From the NCBI GenBank assembly GCA_030690945.1, contig JAUYFM010000022.1, positions 1,014-65,013 of the forward strand: 64,000 nt of DNA, read 5' to 3'. Positions 1-12,429 of this stretch are shown here, piece after piece (positions within the stretch are counted from its first letter, which is position 1; the number at the start of each line of letters is the position of its first letter). The notes under the pieces are model-generated. The model worked only from the letters and a program-made list of their open reading frames with translations. It searched no databases and had not been told where the DNA came from. A program made the translations under genes and the position numbers. The DNA comes from Smithellaceae bacterium (lineage in GTDB: Bacteria > Desulfobacterota > Syntrophia > Syntrophales > Smithellaceae).

Positions 1-257
1 GGGGGACAGTGCGAACTTCTACCGTTGGTTTCTCCATCGGAAGCAAGGGCTACATCGGGACGGGATACGGTTGGTCATCAGAATACAAAGACTTCTGGGA
101 ATACGACCCTGCCGCCAATACGTGGACCCAGAAGGCCGATTTCGGGGGAACAGCGCGAGGTAGTGCCGTCGGTTTCTCCATCGGGAGCAAAGGCTATATA
201 GGGACGGGATACGTTGGTTCATCATATTACAAAGACTTCTGGGGGTACGAACCCTAA
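1..257 (+). CDS. C-terminal end of a beta-propeller/Kelch-like repeat protein (5' end outside the window)
   Basis: The frame is open from base 3 to TAA 255-257. The translation shows two copies of a ~47-aa unit, GFSIGSKGYIGTGY...KDFW(E/G)Y(D/E)P. Confidence 0.5.
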   Translation, partial: GTVRTSTVGFSIGSKGYIGTGYGWSSEYKDFWEYDPAANTWTQKADFGGTARGSAVGFSIGSKGYIGTGYVGSSYYKDFWGYEP

Positions 258-258
258 C

Positions 259-426
259 AGTACTCTAAGAGACTTCAATAGGGACGGCAAGACAGACCTT
301 GTTTGGCGCAATACCACCGCGAGCCATGTCTATTACTGGCAAATAGCTACTATGTGTGGCCCGTATGTTCCGGTCCTTACGGATCATCGGCTTCTGCTGA
401 GTCTTCCATGGCGCATTTTGTGGTGA
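259..426 (+). pseudogene. FG-GAP/VCBS-like repeat remnant in the +1 frame relative to the upstream repeat protein
   Basis: The translation NSTLRDFNRDGKTDLVWRNTTASHVYYWQ fits the DxNxDGxxDLxWRN pattern. There is no credible start or RBS of its own, and it begins where the upstream frame stops. Confidence 0.3.
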
Positions 427-556
427 TAGAAAGAAGCGCCTGTTAAACTGGACGTTATCAATGCTTTTAGAGAAAAATGGCTCTTTCCCCTATAAACTCC
501 AAAATGTCGGAAAAAACGAAGTTCGTATATTAGTTGAGCGAAAGGAGAATTATCGA

Positions 557-1558
557 ATGAAGAAAATTATTTTCTTATGTGTACCTGCGTTGCTTATTAT
601 TTATGGTTGCAATCTTTTTAGTCCAAGCCCAAAAGACGTCCTAATGAAATATTTGGATAGCTATAGCAAGGGTAATTACAGCGAAAGTTATCAACTCTTG
701 TCTTCCAAAGATAAAAATTTCAAGAATCAAAAAGAATATGAGACAGAATTCATCGATAATCCATTTGCAAAGATATTTGCAGGGAAAATCTCTTTTAATG
801 TTAAAGATGTAAAGGTAAGTGGCAGTAATGCTGGGGCCATGGTAGAAATTACCGCGCCTGATATGAGCAAAGCAATGGGTGATCTTATGAGTGTTGCATT
901 TGCTTCAGCATTTAGCGACAAAAAAGATACTAAGGCAATGGAAAAGATGATCACCGAAAAACTTAAAGACAAGTCTTTACCAATGACGACCACCAACGAC
1001 AAGTACAATCTGGTAAAGGAGGAAGGTGGCTGGCGTGTATTTCTGAACTGGGAAGGGCAGAAGAAAGCAAGGGACATCGCTGCGGAGGCCGCGAATTTAG
1101 AAAAGAGCAAAAAACTTGTGGAGGCGAAGGCCAAGTATCTGGAAGCTCTTTCAATGGATAATAATAATACAACCGTTCAACAAAAACTTGCACAGATCGA
1201 TAAAAAAATTGAAGAATACAAGATCAAGAAAACATATTTTGATAAACTTGAAGTGCGTAATGTCCATACTGGTTCTGACTTCATCAACAGGACCGGTGTA
1301 TTTGGGGAGGTAAAAAATAACGGCGACAGAACTCTCAAAGAAGTTGAAGTTACTGCATACTGCCTTGATATAAACGACAAGGTCGTGTTTGAAAAAACAT
1401 ATCATCCAGTGCTGGTCTTGGAGAATTCATTTAGTATGAGTGACAATACACCTCTGAAGCCAAACTATAGCAGGCGCTTTGGTTTCAGGCTGGATGATGC
1501 ACCATCCGACTGGAACAAGAAAGTAAAAGTCATCGTCACTGATGTGGAATTTCAATGA
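557..1558 (+). CDS. Hypothetical lipoprotein (333 aa)
   Basis: ATG 557 follows AAAGGAG at 541-547. The N-terminus MKKIIFLCVPALLIIYGC is a lipobox signal peptide. I recognised no catalytic motif. Confidence 0.7.
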   Translation: MKKIIFLCVPALLIIYGCNLFSPSPKDVLMKYLDSYSKGNYSESYQLLSSKDKNFKNQKEYETEFIDNPFAKIFAGKISFNVKDVKVSGSNAGAMVEITAPDMSKAMGDLMSVAFASAFSDKKDTKAMEKMITEKLKDKSLPMTTTNDKYNLVKEEGGWRVFLNWEGQKKARDIAAEAANLEKSKKLVEAKAKYLEALSMDNNNTTVQQKLAQIDKKIEEYKIKKTYFDKLEVRNVHTGSDFINRTGVFGEVKNNGDRTLKEVEVTAYCLDINDKVVFEKTYHPVLVLENSFSMSDNTPLKPNYSRRFGFRLDDAPSDWNKKVKVIVTDVEFQ

Positions 1559-1738
1559 GTGCCACTAGTTGCTCAAGCATGCTGCTTTTTAAAAATAGCA
1601 TTGCTTAACAAGTACATACAGCCGATCGCTACGCTCCGGCTGATGTTGCGTTCCTCTCTTTCAAATAGTAATCCTCAATTCTGATAACTGCCCACTACTG
1701 AAACTAAGTAGATGTAACGCGCAGAATCAAATAATCCG

Positions 1739-1767
1739 GGGCGGGTGTGAAAGCATCCGCCCTTTTT
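1739..1767 (+). terminator. Rho-independent terminator (copy 1 of a duplicated hairpin)
   Basis: GGGCGGGTG-tgaaag-CATCCGCCC followed by TTTTT. Confidence 0.6.
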
Positions 1768-1845
1768 GTGCCATTAACACCTTGACTTATAAAAAAAGAA
1801 ATGAATAAATAAATTTATCAAGTGTTTGTAAGAAAGGGGTAAACG

Positions 1846-2343
1846 ATGAAACGTCTAGCGTTAGTTCTCATTTTGTTGCTTCCGATTGTTGCTTGTGGCT
1901 GGAATTATCAGTGCACGAAGTACACGTCATACAACCTCGGAGAAGAAAATGTAGCGGCGGTGGGCTCCGAAATGGTGCAAACCGGATGCTTTGCCGCCCG
2001 ATATGACCCTACGGGACTAAACCGGGATCTCTGGAAAAGGAGCTCTTACAACGACAGCTCCTTCGTGCAGTTGATCGACAGAGAATTGCGCTACGCCGGA
2101 CGGGAGGGCGATGTCCTACACATCACCAACCGAGAGTACAGCCCATTTACCACTGACAGGACATACAGCGTGGGCTTGACTCGGACGCCTTTCTTCCAGC
2201 AGGTCTACTACGACCTTAAAACGTCGGACAAGATTGTGTTTCAGGATTGGGTGATCAAGGTGCTCGACGCCAACAACCAGCAGATCCGGTTCAAAGTTGT
2301 CAAGGAACCCCCACAGCCCAAGATTCCCCCGCCATTGATGTAA
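1846..2343 (+). CDS. Hypothetical lipoprotein (165 aa)
   Basis: MKRLALVLILLLPIVACG is a lipobox signal peptide. GGGG/AAAGG lies upstream of the ATG. Confidence 0.65.
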   Translation: MKRLALVLILLLPIVACGWNYQCTKYTSYNLGEENVAAVGSEMVQTGCFAARYDPTGLNRDLWKRSSYNDSSFVQLIDRELRYAGREGDVLHITNREYSPFTTDRTYSVGLTRTPFFQQVYYDLKTSDKIVFQDWVIKVLDANNQQIRFKVVKEPPQPKIPPPLM

Positions 2344-2395
2344 GGATGATTCAACCTGAGCGATACTGAGGAGCCGGACGGGATATTTAATTGAT

Positions 2396-2424
2396 GGGCG
2401 GGTGTGAAAGCATCCGCCTTTTTT
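2396..2424 (+). terminator. Rho-independent terminator (copy 2, near-identical to 1739-1767)
   Basis: GGGCGGGTG-tgaaag-CATCCGCC followed by TTTTTT, 53 nt after the stop at 2343. Confidence 0.65.
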
Positions 2425-2485
2425 GTGGGTGAAAAATAAAAAATGGGGACAGAGTGGGGACAAAATGGAAAAAACAGAAAAATAA

Positions 2486-2522
2486 AAGGACTTTCGGTTT
2501 CTTTGAAATGCCGTAAGTCCTT
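2486..2522 (-). terminator. Hairpin terminator downstream of tRNA-Leu
   Basis: AAGGACTT...AAGTCCTT forms an 8-bp stem. A T-run follows on the minus strand and an A/T run flanks it on the plus strand. Confidence 0.45.
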
Positions 2523-2531
2523 GTTTTTATT

Positions 2532-2618
2532 TGGTGCCGGAGCCCGGAATCGAACCGGGATGCCCTTGCGAGCGGGGGATTTTGAGTCCCCTGCGTCTAC
2601 CAGTTTCACCACTCCGGC
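2532..2618 (-). tRNA. tRNA-Leu (anticodon CAA), long variable arm, CCA encoded
   Basis: The reverse complement reads GCCGGAG...CTCCGGCACCA (acceptor stem). The anticodon stem-loop is GGGGA-CTCAAAA-TCCCC, and a GGTTCGATTCC T-arm is present. Confidence 0.9.
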
Positions 2619-2627
2619 ACGGGCGCG

Positions 2628-2655
2628 ATTATATAGACGAGGGGCAAAATGTCAA
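2628..2655 (-). promoter_or_regulatory. Sigma-70-type promoter for tRNA-Leu
   Basis: The minus strand reads TTGACA (2655-2650), a 16-nt spacer, then TATAAT (2633-2628). A GC-rich discriminator CGCGCCC follows, just upstream of the tRNA 5' end. Confidence 0.55.
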
Positions 2656-2723
2656 GCTAAAAACTGTTGACAAGCCACAAAAGCGCATGTTAAGGGGGCC
2701 TCTCGATTCAGGAAGTCTTGATT

Positions 2724-2799
2724 GGGGGTGTAGCTCAGCTGGGAGAGCGCTTGAATGGCATTCAAGAGGCCAGCAGTTCGATCCTGCTCATCTCCACCA
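2724..2799 (+). tRNA. tRNA-Ala (anticodon GGC), CCA encoded
   Basis: GGGGGTGTAGCTCAGCTGGGAGAGCGC...; anticodon stem-loop CTTGA-ATGGCAT-TCAAG; G3:U70 pair; T-arm GGTTCGATCC-like. Confidence 0.92.
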
Positions 2800-2808
2800 A
2801 AAACAAAA

Positions 2809-2841
2809 GGGAAGAACCATGAACTGGTTCTTCCCTTTTTT
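2809..2841 (+). terminator. Rho-independent terminator after tRNA-Ala
   Basis: GGGAAGAACC-atgaact-GGTTCTTCCC followed by TTTTTT. Confidence 0.75.
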
Positions 2842-2931
2842 AATGAGACTCAAGTTTCAGGAACGCAGTGAATTAAAACTTGTTAGTCGAATTATCCCGC
2901 GAGTGAAGCGAGTAGGGATTAATGACACCCT

Positions 2932-5748
<2,817 letters not shown>

Positions 5749-5783
5749 GTTTACTTATATTGGTTTCCTGAATCAGGTAAAGA

Positions 5784-6629
5784 ATGTTTTTTAAGAATTA
5801 TCGAACCATCATCTTTGTTGGCGCCATTTTTACTGCGGCTCTGATCCTGCTTTCGTATAGTTTGAAATACGATTCCGGTACGAGTTTTGTTAAAAAGCTG
5901 GTATTGGAAGCGGCAGCGCCTGTGCAAAAAATGCTTAACGCGTCTATCGAAGGTGTCAGTAAGGCCTGGACGCGCTATATTCATCTGGTTGAGCTGGAAA
6001 AAGACAATAGAATTCTGAAAAATAGAATAGCAGGGCTCCAGACGGAATTGATCCTCTACAAAGAAGGCTACCTGGAGGCGCAAAGACTGCAAAAACTTCT
6101 TTCATTACAAAATGATTATCATCACAGTCCTATTGCCGCCCGGGTCATCGGCCGGGAACAGGCAGCCCTTTCCAAAACTCTCTGGATCAACAAAGGCAGT
6201 GCGCATGGTCTGAAAAGCGGCATGCCGGTCATCGTTCCACCCGGATTAATCGGAAGATTGACGGATGTTTCCTGGCACAGTTCGAAAGTTCTGCTGCTGA
6301 TTGATGAGAATTCCAACGTGGATGTGCTGATACAACGGACGCGGGTGCATGGAATTGTTCGCGGCGCCGGATCGCGTGGTTGTGTGGTCAGATATGTTTC
6401 CAAAATTCAGGATGTCAAAGAAGGTGATGTGATTATGACATCCGGCATGAGCAATATTTTCCCCAAAGGATTGCTTATTGGCAAGGTCAGTCATGTTGAC
6501 CCTATGGATGTTGGATTGTTTTTAAAAATCCAGATAGCCCCCTTGGTTGATTTTACCACACTGGAGGAGGTTCTGGTTCTGGTGGCCGATCAACAGGAAA
6601 TTTTCGCAGAAAAGAAAACAACAAAATGA
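5784..6629 (+). CDS. mreC: Rod shape-determining protein MreC
   Basis: N-terminal TM segment, a coiled-coil (LKNRIAGLQTEL) and a beta-barrel C-terminus, positioned after mreB. Confidence 0.85.
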   Translation: MFFKNYRTIIFVGAIFTAALILLSYSLKYDSGTSFVKKLVLEAAAPVQKMLNASIEGVSKAWTRYIHLVELEKDNRILKNRIAGLQTELILYKEGYLEAQRLQKLLSLQNDYHHSPIAARVIGREQAALSKTLWINKGSAHGLKSGMPVIVPPGLIGRLTDVSWHSSKVLLLIDENSNVDVLIQRTRVHGIVRGAGSRGCVVRYVSKIQDVKEGDVIMTSGMSNIFPKGLLIGKVSHVDPMDVGLFLKIQIAPLVDFTTLEEVLVLVADQQEIFAEKKTTK

Positions 6630-7165
6630 TTTATTATTTATTGTTGCCTTTTGTGACCATTGGGTTGGTTGTATTTCAAAGTATGTTGGCCGACGTCCTT
6701 TTTTCCGGTTGGCTCACGCTGGAACTGTCGCTGGTTGCTGTCATCTATGCCGGGTTTCGTCTGGATTTGATGAAAGGTATTATTCTGTCTTTCATGATGG
6801 GCTTTATGTTTGATGGTGTATCCGGATCAATTCTTGGATTATTTACAGTGATTTACTTGCTTATTTTTATATTTTCTTTTTTTGTTTCATCGCGGATTGC
6901 CTCGGGGAAGTTTTATTTAATCGCTCTTTTCAGTCTGATTTGCTCTCTTGTGGAGTCGCTGATCTTAATTTCGCTCTATCATTTTGTGTTTGAATTTGAC
7001 ATGTTGAATAACGTGCTTTTGGTTTTTGTGCCGCAGGCTTTGCTGATCAGCGTCCTTTCCGTCGGCTTTTTTTATGTGATGCGCAAGGTAGAGGGGTTAA
7101 TGTATGGAAAAACAATGCGGCCTCCGCAACGGACCGGAACCGGCAGAATTTCGGCAGAGGCTTAA
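6626..7165 (+). CDS. mreD: Rod shape-determining protein MreD
   Basis: ATGA overlap with mreC; a small polytopic membrane protein in the canonical position. Confidence 0.75.
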   Translation: MIYYLLLPFVTIGLVVFQSMLADVLFSGWLTLELSLVAVIYAGFRLDLMKGIILSFMMGFMFDGVSGSILGLFTVIYLLIFIFSFFVSSRIASGKFYLIALFSLICSLVESLILISLYHFVFEFDMLNNVLLVFVPQALLISVLSVGFFYVMRKVEGLMYGKTMRPPQRTGTGRISAEA

Positions 7166-8993
7166 AATCGTCCTCATTCTGATCGGGCTGCTTCTGTCCA
7201 TGCTGCTGGTTCGCCTCTGGTATTTGCAAGTCATCAAGGGGGATGAACTCAAGCAGCGGTCGGAAAACAACGCCGTGCGTTTTCGTATAATCCAGCCGTT
7301 ACGCGGCTTGATTATGGATCGCAACGGGGCTGTTGTGGTCGATAATCGTCCGTCATTTGATGTGTTGTACATGCCCACCAAGGGCATCAATCATGAGTTG
7401 CTGCTCCAGAGGCTCAAAGATATTTATAAAACGAAGACGCTGGAGATTTCTTCCGATCGGCCTTTCCCCAAGACCATTAAGCCTTATCTGCCTGTCCGAC
7501 TGGAAAAGAATGTCAGTATGGAAAAAGTCGCCCTGGTGGAAACAAACGTACTTGATCTGCCGGGCGTCTATATCGAGGTCACACCTGTCCGCCTTTATCT
7601 GGATGGAGAAATGATTGCGCCGATTACCGGCTACACGGGTGAAGTCAGCCAGAGGGAATTGGAAGAACCAGAAGGAGATTATTTGTCCGGCGATATTACA
7701 GGAAAGTACGGTATCGAAAAAGTTCTTGATCCGCATATTCGCGGCAGTCGCGGCAATGAACTTGTTGAGGTCAATGCATTTGGTAAGGTCATTAAGAATT
7801 TGGGACGGATTGATCCTGTTTCCGGTTCCAATATTGTGCTGACGATAGATGCCCAATTGCAAAAGGCTGCCTGGGAAGCTTTGGCAGGCCTTGCCGGCGC
7901 GGCCGTCGCGATGGATCCGCGGGACGGTTCGATTCTGGCGATGGTCAGCTCGCCGTCTTTTGATCCGAATCTATTTAATAGCGGTATTGCCCGTGATGAA
8001 TGGGAGAAGCTTCAAAAAAATCCACTGAAGCCTTTATCCAACAAGGCCATTTCCGGACAGTATCCGCCCGGTTCAATCTATAAACTGATTGTAGCCGCAG
8101 CTGCGTTGGAAGAAGGCAGTGTTAATCCCGACACTAAAATATTTTGTAATGGTTCTTTCGAGTTGGGGAATAGAAGCTATCGCTGCTGGAAAAAACATGG
8201 ACATGGGTCGGTTAATCTTCACCGGGCGCTGGTGGAGTCCTGTGATGTCTATTTTTATACGGTCGGAAAGATGCTCGGTGTGGATAAAATAGCAAAATAT
8301 GCGAAGATGTTTGGCTTGGGCGATTTAACCGGCATTGAGCTTGATCATGAAAGAAAGGGGCTTGTTCCCACGCGAGACTGGAAGCTGGCGCGCATGAAAG
8401 AACCGTGGCAGCTCGGCGAAACGATATCGATATCCATCGGTCAGGGATTCAATTTAGCAACCCCGCTGCAGTTGGTGCAAGCCTATAGCTCTCTGGCCAG
8501 CGGGGGTACTCGGTGGCGGCCGCTTCTTGTTCAACGGATCGAATTGTCCAATGGCAGCATCACTAAGGAATATTTGCCCGAAAAAACAGGCGAACTCAAA
8601 TTGAGCCAGCAAACGATGGCGGTGCTCAATCGCGCGCTATGGGGTGTGGTGAATGAACCGGGCGGCACCGGCGCCGCCGCACGCAGGCCTTATGCCGATG
8701 TTTGCGGTAAAACAGGAACGTCCCAAGTGATTGGGCTGCCGCAGAACGACAAAGCCCGCCGCCAGAAAAAAATAGCCGCATTTCATAAAGATCATGCTTT
8801 ATTTGTTTGCTATGCTCCGATGAAAAATCCGGAAATAGCGATAGCTGTTGTTGCCGAAAACGCCGGAGGTGGCGGTGCCGTTGCCGCGCCGATTGCCCGT
8901 AAAATTCTGAATGCCTATTTCGATGCCAAGAGAAAAGAAAAGACGGACCAGGTTGCTGTAATTATTCCACCGGCCGATCAAACCGGAGATTGA
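7104..8993 (+). CDS. mrdA: Penicillin-binding protein 2 (elongasome transpeptidase)
   Basis: SIYK (SxxK) and KTGT motifs with a PBP dimerisation-domain N-terminus. The start is uncertain because it overlaps the mreD 3' end by 62 nt. Confidence 0.9.
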   Translation: MEKQCGLRNGPEPAEFRQRLKIVLILIGLLLSMLLVRLWYLQVIKGDELKQRSENNAVRFRIIQPLRGLIMDRNGAVVVDNRPSFDVLYMPTKGINHELLLQRLKDIYKTKTLEISSDRPFPKTIKPYLPVRLEKNVSMEKVALVETNVLDLPGVYIEVTPVRLYLDGEMIAPITGYTGEVSQRELEEPEGDYLSGDITGKYGIEKVLDPHIRGSRGNELVEVNAFGKVIKNLGRIDPVSGSNIVLTIDAQLQKAAWEALAGLAGAAVAMDPRDGSILAMVSSPSFDPNLFNSGIARDEWEKLQKNPLKPLSNKAISGQYPPGSIYKLIVAAAALEEGSVNPDTKIFCNGSFELGNRSYRCWKKHGHGSVNLHRALVESCDVYFYTVGKMLGVDKIAKYAKMFGLGDLTGIELDHERKGLVPTRDWKLARMKEPWQLGETISISIGQGFNLATPLQLVQAYSSLASGGTRWRPLLVQRIELSNGSITKEYLPEKTGELKLSQQTMAVLNRALWGVVNEPGGTGAAARRPYADVCGKTGTSQVIGLPQNDKARRQKKIAAFHKDHALFVCYAPMKNPEIAIAVVAENAGGGGAVAAPIARKILNAYFDAKRKEKTDQVAVIIPPADQTGD

Positions 8994-9048
8994 TGAACTT
9001 TTTACAAATTTGATGCCTCACCGTAGGATTTGCATTTTAAGGAAGAAA

Positions 9049-10164
9049 ATGATTTTTTTAAAATACGATCGTCGCATATTCCAGAATTTTGACTGGATGT
9101 TATTTGCCTTGGTGATGTCTATCTGCGCCATCGGCATTATCAATATTTATTCCACCGGTTTCAGTCTCATCGATAATCGATCACCGCTTTACTTAAAACA
9201 GTTGCAATGGATTATGCTAGGCCTGTCTTTAATGCTTGTTACTTTTTTAATTGATTACCGCGCTATTAATCAAGCTGCTTATATTATTTATGCGATCTCT
9301 ATTGCGTCCCTGGTTTTTGTGGCCCTGTTCGGCCACACGGCCAATGGCGCGCAACGATGGATCTCTTTCGGATTCCTTTTATTTCAGCCTTCCGAACTGA
9401 TGAAGGTGACCATCATTATCGCCCTGGCCCGGTATTTTGACGATCATAAATCCAACGAACCTTACTTGTTGAGGGAATTATTTGTTCCTTTCCTGATGGT
9501 GATAGTTCCTGGTGTCCTGATCTTAAAACAGCCTGATTTAGGGACGGCGTTAGTGACCATTATTGTTTCCGCTTCGATTGTTCTGTTTATCGGTATGAAT
9601 TGGAAGTCCATCTTAATCGCCGTCGCCAGCGTGTTGGCCATGCTGCCCCTGGCCTGGCTCTTTTTAAAAGATTATCAAAAAGACAGATTGCTGACATTTC
9701 TTTCTCCGGAGAGTGATCCTCTGGGTACGGGCTACCACATCATTCAATCGATGATCGCGATTGGTTCCGGAGGATTTTTAGGCAAGGGATTTTTAAAAGG
9801 TTCGCAAACCCAGTTGAAGTTTTTACCTGAGCAGCAGACGGATTTTGTCTTTTCCGTGTTTGCTGAGGAGTGGGGATTTGTCGGCGGCCTGGTGTTGATG
9901 CTGATGTTTATATCTTTGATCATTTGGGGCTTAAAAATTGCCTGGCATTCAAAAGATTTATTGGGCACGATACTCGCGTTTGGCATTACCGCGCTGATTG
10001 CCTGGCAGGTGGTGATTAACATGGGGATGGTGTTAGGCATGATACCGGTTGTGGGTATTCCATTGCCTTTCTTAAGTTACGGCGGCTCGGCGATAGTGAC
10101 GTTATTGGGAGCGATAGGACTATTGATGAATGTGAGTGTGCGCAGATTTATTTTACAACGTTGA
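9049..10164 (+). CDS. rodA: Peptidoglycan glycosyltransferase RodA (SEDS family)
   Basis: FtsW/RodA/SpoVE-type polytopic protein (PSELMK, SYGGSA motifs). ATG 9049 follows AAGGAAG, and an upstream alternative start exists at 9010. Confidence 0.9.
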   Translation: MIFLKYDRRIFQNFDWMLFALVMSICAIGIINIYSTGFSLIDNRSPLYLKQLQWIMLGLSLMLVTFLIDYRAINQAAYIIYAISIASLVFVALFGHTANGAQRWISFGFLLFQPSELMKVTIIIALARYFDDHKSNEPYLLRELFVPFLMVIVPGVLILKQPDLGTALVTIIVSASIVLFIGMNWKSILIAVASVLAMLPLAWLFLKDYQKDRLLTFLSPESDPLGTGYHIIQSMIAIGSGGFLGKGFLKGSQTQLKFLPEQQTDFVFSVFAEEWGFVGGLVLMLMFISLIIWGLKIAWHSKDLLGTILAFGITALIAWQVVINMGMVLGMIPVVGIPLPFLSYGGSAIVTLLGAIGLLMNVSVRRFILQR

Positions 10165-10198
10165 TGTGTTTGTCATCCAGAATTGCAAGGAGAAGAAT

Positions 10199-10576
10199 AT
10201 GTGGGAAAAAAAGAAACATGTTGAAGATACAAAAGCTTTTTTAGGGAAGGGCGCCGAGTTTATCGGTAAACTTATTTTCAAGGGTAATGTGCGCATTGAT
10301 GGTGACTTTCAGGGAGAGATTTACGGTCAGGGATCCGTTGATGTTGGCCAGGGCGCTTTAGTGAAGGCAAATATGGTGGTTCGTAGTGTTTATGTCGGCG
10401 GTGAAGTTCATGGCAGTATTGAAGTTAAAGAAAAAATCAACATCCATTCCACAGGCAAATTATTTGGCGACGTACGTACGCCAGTCTTTATTATGGAGGA
10501 GGGGGCGCTTTTTGACGGCAGATCACATATGAGTGAATCGAAAGAACAAAAAAATATTAGTTCGGCAGTGGACTAA
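10199..10576 (+). CDS. Bactofilin (polymer-forming cytoskeletal protein, DUF583)
   Basis: ATG 10199 follows AAGGAG at 10187-10192. The pattern GKLIFKGNVRIDGDFQGEIYGQGSVDVGQGALVKANMVV...VHGSIEV fits a beta-helical bactofilin repeat. Confidence 0.85.
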   Translation: MWEKKKHVEDTKAFLGKGAEFIGKLIFKGNVRIDGDFQGEIYGQGSVDVGQGALVKANMVVRSVYVGGEVHGSIEVKEKINIHSTGKLFGDVRTPVFIMEEGALFDGRSHMSESKEQKNISSAVD

Positions 10577-10865
10577 GTCCTTTCAAACACTTATTTCAAT
10601 TGCCATAACACCGAATTTATCAAAAATAGACCGCCGGTCATAAAAAAGCTTGACAAGCAAACAAGGGTATGATTAGTAACCTCCGCCCTCGCGGTGTAGC
10701 TAGTTTCAGCATAAGCCCGGTTATTGAGCTTTAAATTTCTGAAATAAATCACTGCCAGAGATTTCGCTGTTTGAAATGTAGATTAAATTTAATTCACCCC
10801 GATTGCTCCTCGGCAAAAATAGCTTAAAGGGGCAACAGGTTCTGAAAAAAACGACGAGGTAAGTT

Positions 10866-11300
10866 GTGGTCACCGTAATTCCGGATTATACGTTTTTAGT
10901 TCAGATGGCTACTTTCATAGCCTTAGTCTTTATCCTCAATTATCTTCTTTATAAACCCATTTTATCCATCATTGACCGCCGTAAAAAGCAACTTGAAGAG
11001 CTTGAAAACGAGATTAAACTTTTCAAGGACTCTGTTGATAAAAAAGCTGCTGAATATGATGAAAAACTCAACAAGGCTAAGGCCAGCGCTTCTGAGTTGA
11101 AAAAAGAAATTATCGGCGAAGGCGAAACGCAGGCTAAAAGCATCGTGGACGCCGTCCGAAACGAAATACCTTTGATGATTCAGGAGTCTCAGAAGAAGAT
11201 GGATCAGGAAATGCAGGCGGCGCGGCAAATACTGGGTAATCAGTCCCGCAAGCTTTCGCTCGAGATTGCTGAAAAGGTTTTGGGAAGGAGAGTCCAATGA
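10866..11300 (+). CDS. atpF2: F0F1 ATP synthase subunit b'
   Basis: GTG start after GAGGT. One N-terminal TM helix and a long charged helix, directly upstream of a second b-type subunit. Confidence 0.8.
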   Translation: MVTVIPDYTFLVQMATFIALVFILNYLLYKPILSIIDRRKKQLEELENEIKLFKDSVDKKAAEYDEKLNKAKASASELKKEIIGEGETQAKSIVDAVRNEIPLMIQESQKKMDQEMQAARQILGNQSRKLSLEIAEKVLGRRVQ

Positions 11301-11887
11301 AATTTTCACACCGATCAATTCGTTTCTCATTGCTTCTTTCCCTGATGGTTGTTCTTGCTTCAGTCTGCTTGGCTTATGCCTCAGGTGGCGGCGAGGGTGG
11401 TGATTCTTCCCAGTGGAAAGGCTTTGCTTTTAAATCTCTAAATGCAGCTATTATTATTGGTTTTCTGGCCTGGATATTGGCACCTAAAATCAAGGAATTT
11501 TTTGCTGGTCGCCGTCAGGAAATTAAGGAGTCTATGGAAAGCACCACCGCTCAAAAGGCGGATGCCGAGAAACAGTATAGGGAGTATGCCGAAAAGATTG
11601 ATAAAGCTTCCCTGGAAATTGACGGTATTTTTGAGATGATCAAAGCTCAGGGTATCGCTGAAAAACAAAAAATTATTGAGGACGCAAAAAAAATTGCCGG
11701 AAAAATAAAGGAAGATGCTCAGGCTCAAATTGAGCAGGAGCTGAAGAAGGCATCCGGTCAACTGCGCAGTGAAGCGGTTGCGCTTTCGGTGCAGATGGCG
11801 GAAGAGATATTAAAAAGGAATATTACCGCCCAGGATCATGAGGCCATGGTCAAGGAATATATGGATAAGGTGGTGAACAAAAATTGA
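11297..11887 (+). CDS. atpF: F0F1 ATP synthase subunit b
   Basis: ATGA overlap with the b' gene; TM segment plus a coiled-coil rich in A/E/K. Confidence 0.85.
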   Translation: MKFSHRSIRFSLLLSLMVVLASVCLAYASGGGEGGDSSQWKGFAFKSLNAAIIIGFLAWILAPKIKEFFAGRRQEIKESMESTTAQKADAEKQYREYAEKIDKASLEIDGIFEMIKAQGIAEKQKIIEDAKKIAGKIKEDAQAQIEQELKKASGQLRSEAVALSVQMAEEILKRNITAQDHEAMVKEYMDKVVNKN

Positions 11888-12426
11888 TCAGCAATATTTC
11901 TAAACGTTACGCTCGCGCATTTTTTGAAATTGCCGAGGAAGAAAAGCAGCTGGAGCAATATTACAAAGAACTCGGGCAGTTTTCTTCAATTATTGCAGGG
12001 AATAAGGATCTGGGAGGGTTTTTAGCCAATCCGGTTTTTGAACAGGACAGTAAAAAAAATGTATTGGAGAAGATCATCGGTAAATTATCACTTTCTCCAA
12101 TGACGATCAATTTTTTGAAATTGCTGATCGATAAGAAAAGGATCGACGTTCTTTCAGATATCGAAATCTGCTATAGACAGATGATGGATGAGTCATTGCA
12201 GAAGGTGGGAGTAAATATAAAAACAGCATTTCCGCTGTCTCGCGAAATGCAGGATTTCATCAGTGTTAATCTGGAGAAAGTAACTGGCCGGAAAGTTGAA
12301 GTGACTGTTGAAAATGACACTGGCCTTTTGGGTGGCATAGTCATTGGTGTTGGTGATACGCTTTATGACGGCAGCATCAAAAACCAATTGAATAATATGA
12401 GGAATCTCTTAGGGGAGGCAAGATAA
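11884..12426 (+). CDS. atpH: F0F1 ATP synthase subunit delta (OSCP)
   Basis: TTG start overlapping the atpF stop. The N-terminus RYARAFFEIA is typical of OSCP. Confidence 0.85.
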   Translation: MISNISKRYARAFFEIAEEEKQLEQYYKELGQFSSIIAGNKDLGGFLANPVFEQDSKKNVLEKIIGKLSLSPMTINFLKLLIDKKRIDVLSDIEICYRQMMDESLQKVGVNIKTAFPLSREMQDFISVNLEKVTGRKVEVTVENDTGLLGGIVIGVGDTLYDGSIKNQLNNMRNLLGEAR

Positions 12427-12429
12427 AAC

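Noticed and set aside
10640-10680. TTGACA at about 10650 as the atp promoter.
   Set aside because: No acceptable -10 lies at 16-18 nt spacing (TAGTAA at best), so I did not list it as a feature.
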